A program made the translations under genes and the position numbers. A stretch of 64,000 nucleotides of DNA from Clostridiales bacterium (GTDB lineage Bacteria; Bacillota; Clostridia; Oscillospirales; CAG-272), in the NCBI GenBank assembly GCA_022793655.1, contig JAAWDG010000013.1, positions 128,230 to 192,229 of the forward strand, given 5' to 3'. The stretch's first letter is position 1. Each line of letters begins with the position of its first letter. Below the pieces are notes generated by a model, which saw nothing but the letters and a program-made list of their open reading frames with translations, had not been told where the DNA came from and ran no database searches. Of the stretch, positions 62,101 through 64,000 are shown piece after piece.

Positions 62101-63828
62101 ATGAAAACAATACAAAAAATATTATCGATTATAAAACCCTATTCTGTTTTTATCGTCTTTTCACTTTTGTTTGCGGCGGCTTCTGTTTTATTTACGCTAT
62201 TGATTCCTGTTTTAGCAGGTGATGCGATTGATTTGCTTGTGGGCGCCAATCAAGTTTCCTTTTCTTTGTTAGGACCTAAACTTGTTTATATTATTGTTTG
62301 TGCGGTGGGACTTGCTCTTTCACAGTGGCTGCTTGGGGTGATCAACAATAAGTTGGTTTTTCATACTGTGCATGATTTGCGTGCCAAAGCATTTGCTAAA
62401 ATTACGGTTCTGCCACTGTCTTATTTAGACGCGAATCCGTCAGGCAAGACGGTGAATCGCATGATTGCTGACGCAGATCAGCTGGCTGATGGACTGCTCA
62501 TGGGCTTTTCGCAGTTGTTTACAGGTGTTTTGACAATTGTGGGGACCTTGGTGATTATGTTCATGAAAAGTGTGTCGGTTGCTTTTGTTGTGGTTTTGGT
62601 CACGCCGCTTTCTTTGTTTGCGGCTTCGTTTATAGCCAAACGGGTATACAAATACTTTACAGAGCAGACCAAAACCCGTTCTGAGCAAACGGCGGTTATT
62701 GATGAAATGATCGGTGAAAAAAAGACGGTGACAGCGTTGGGACTTGAACAAGAAGCCATTGCCGTATTTGATGCTTCTAATGAAGCATATCGCAGGGCTA
62801 ATTTATTAGCAACTTTTTATTCTTCTATTATTAATCCGACCACGCGTTTTGTGAATAACCTGGTGTACGCTGGTGTGTGTTTGTTTGGCGCCTTAGCCGT
62901 TTTGTCCGACGGCGGTTTCACTATTGGGGCGCTCAGCGCTATGTTAGCTTATGCGATTCAGTATACAAAGCCTTTTAACGAGATTTCTGGAGTAGTGACC
63001 GAATTACAGAATGCGCTTGCCTGTGCCGAAAATATTTTTGAGTTAATCGACCAGCCGGCCGAGCCTGCGAATGCTGCGGGCGAGTTATCGGATGTTGCGG
63101 GGACAGTTTCGATTGAACATGTTTCGTTCTCCTATGATAAAACTAAACCGCTCATTGAGAATTTGAATGTGCAGGCAGCCGCAGGACAGCGAGTCGCAAT
63201 TGTAGGGCCGACAGGCTGCGGCAAAACAACCATTATCAATTTGCTGATGCGCTTTTATGATATTGATGAGGGGCGTATTTTAGTGGATGGCATTGATGTA
63301 AGAGATGTTACTCGTCAATCGCTGCGGCGTTCGTATGGCATGGTGCTGCAGGAAACCTGGCTGAAAGCGGGCACTATTCGGGAAAATATTATGTTTGGTA
63401 AACCAGACGCAACAGAGCAAGAGGTAGTTGCTGCGGCTAAGGCTGCGCATGCACATTCATTTATCAAACGCTTGTCGAATGGTTATGATACAAAGATTGG
63501 CGAGGATGGTGGCAGCTTATCGCAGGGGCAAAAACAGTTGTTATGTATTGCAAGGGTCATGCTTTCACTGCCGCCGATGCTGATTTTGGACGAGGCAACC
63601 TCTTCGATCGACACGAGAACCGAAATCAAGATTCAAAAAGCATTTGCCACAATGATGGAAGGACGTACTTCATTTGTGGTTGCTCATCGTTTGTCTACCA
63701 TTAAAAATGCAGATATTATATTGGTTATGAAAGACGGACATATTATTGAGTCGGGTTCGCATCAGGAACTGCTTGAAAAAGGCGGATTTTATCATCATTT
63801 ATATCATTCGCAGTTTGCCAAGGCTTAG
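62101..63828 (+). CDS. ABC exporter half-transporter B (TMD-NBD), consensus catalytic residues but a deviant signature
   Basis: Walker [10 protein letters not shown], Walker [10 protein letters not shown]-loop VAHRLST, and signature LSQGQKQ instead of LSGGQ. Confidence 0.9.
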   Translation: MKTIQKILSIIKPYSVFIVFSLLFAAASVLFTLLIPVLAGDAIDLLVGANQVSFSLLGPKLVYIIVCAVGLALSQWLLGVINNKLVFHTVHDLRAKAFAKITVLPLSYLDANPSGKTVNRMIADADQLADGLLMGFSQLFTGVLTIVGTLVIMFMKSVSVAFVVVLVTPLSLFAASFIAKRVYKYFTEQTKTRSEQTAVIDEMIGEKKTVTALGLEQEAIAVFDASNEAYRRANLLATFYSSIINPTTRFVNNLVYAGVCLFGALAVLSDGGFTIGALSAMLAYAIQYTKPFNEISGVVTELQNALACAENIFELIDQPAEPANAAGELSDVAGTVSIEHVSFSYDKTKPLIENLNVQAAAGQRVAIVGPTGCGKTTIINLLMRFYDIDEGRILVDGIDVRDVTRQSLRRSYGMVLQETWLKAGTIRENIMFGKPDATEQEVVAAAKAAHAHSFIKRLSNGYDTKIGEDGGSLSQGQKQLLCIARVMLSLPPMLILDEATSSIDTRTEIKIQKAFATMMEGRTSFVVAHRLSTIKNADIILVMKDGHIIESGSHQELLEKGGFYHHLYHSQFAKA

Positions 63829-63854
63829 CATCAATTTTATGTACAAAACAAAAA

Positions 63855-63879
63855 AGACGCTTATAAAGCGTCTTTTTTT
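63855..63879 (+). terminator. Intrinsic terminator after the ABC pair
   Basis: GACGCTTATAAGCGTC palindrome followed by a T7 run. Confidence 0.7.
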
Positions 63880-63880
63880 G

Positions 63881-64000
63881 TTATCCTTCAAAATCGACTG
63901 TATTGCTTGATACAGCGCCTTCATAGGTGACATAATCGAGCGGGTCGACGGTTTGTTCATCCATTGTCATGGCGAAATGCAGGTGGGGGACTTCAGCACA
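63881..64000 (-). CDS. 3' end of an M23-family (LytM-type) peptidase gene (partial; runs off the window)
   Basis: The minus-strand frame ends ...AEVPHLHFAMTMDEQTVDPLDYVTYEGAVSSNTVDFEG*. PHLHF is the M23 HxH motif. Confidence 0.45.
   Translation of the reverse strand, partial: CAEVPHLHFAMTMDEQTVDPLDYVTYEGAVSSNTVDFEG

Noticed and set aside
1-64000. A scan for CRISPR arrays, rRNA, tRNA and tmRNA genes.
   Set aside because: No regularly spaced repeat-spacer arrays and no sequences with rRNA, tRNA or tmRNA hallmarks were seen. The only tandem repeats are at 57594-57852 and 61903-61992.

Overview
The window holds the right-hand ~37.6 kb of a Clostridia-type integrative conjugative element (ICE) joined to ordinary chromosomal DNA. 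All calls come from reading the ORF track and the sequence by eye; no database search was possible.

ICE part (1 to ~37.7 kb, nearly all + strand):
- Anti-restriction-type genes: a tandem ArdA-like protein, an orphan Dam-class methylase and AbrB-fold proteins.
- A SpoVG-like protein and a lipoprotein.
- A 1455-aa thioester/ester-bond surface adhesin with an NPQTG sorting signal.
- A Gram-positive type IV secretion set: pilin-like protein, VirB6-like protein, PrgI, a VirB4 encoded as two coupled ORFs, and an NlpC/P60+lysozyme hydrolase.
- A candidate oriT, a ribbon-helix-helix (RHH) accessory protein and a MobP3/MobL-type relaxase fused to Sel1 repeats.
- A cargo block with a LexA-box-preceded DinB, TspO and an SOS-response-associated peptidase (SRAP).
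- A Toprim protein and a VirD4 coupling protein.
- An AT-rich regulatory module: two XRE regulators, an AbrB-Zn-ribbon protein, an acidic protein, a sigma-like factor and serial terminators.
- A ~450-nt densely structured non-coding leader, a MazF with no upstream antitoxin, and a four-part serine-recombinase module ending at 37595.

Chromosomal part:
- queD-queE-folE-queC-queF (- strand) behind a consensus promoter and a preQ1-I-like riboswitch.
- An SDR, and an ECF sigma / membrane protein / lipoprotein operon.
- AraC plus uxaC-uxuA-uxuB(SDR), two TIM-barrel genes, two Gfo/Idh/MocA genes, eda and kdgK.
- An MBL hydrolase, an AlkD-like protein, a GDYKDS-repeat protein, a PLD/cardiolipin-synthase-like protein, and a second orphan MazF.
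- A heterodimeric ABC exporter pair with one degenerate ATP site and an 18-bp tandem repeat in its coding tail.

Most interesting unexplained signals:
- The structured RNA / MazF / catalytically degenerate mini-resolvase unit at 31998-33162.
- The multi-part recombinase module at 32824-37595.
- Two tandem ~121-bp units at 57594-57852 that share a three-way-junction-plus-hairpin architecture but differ in internal sequence.
- The extension of the hexuronate operon by paired oxidoreductase and TIM-barrel genes.
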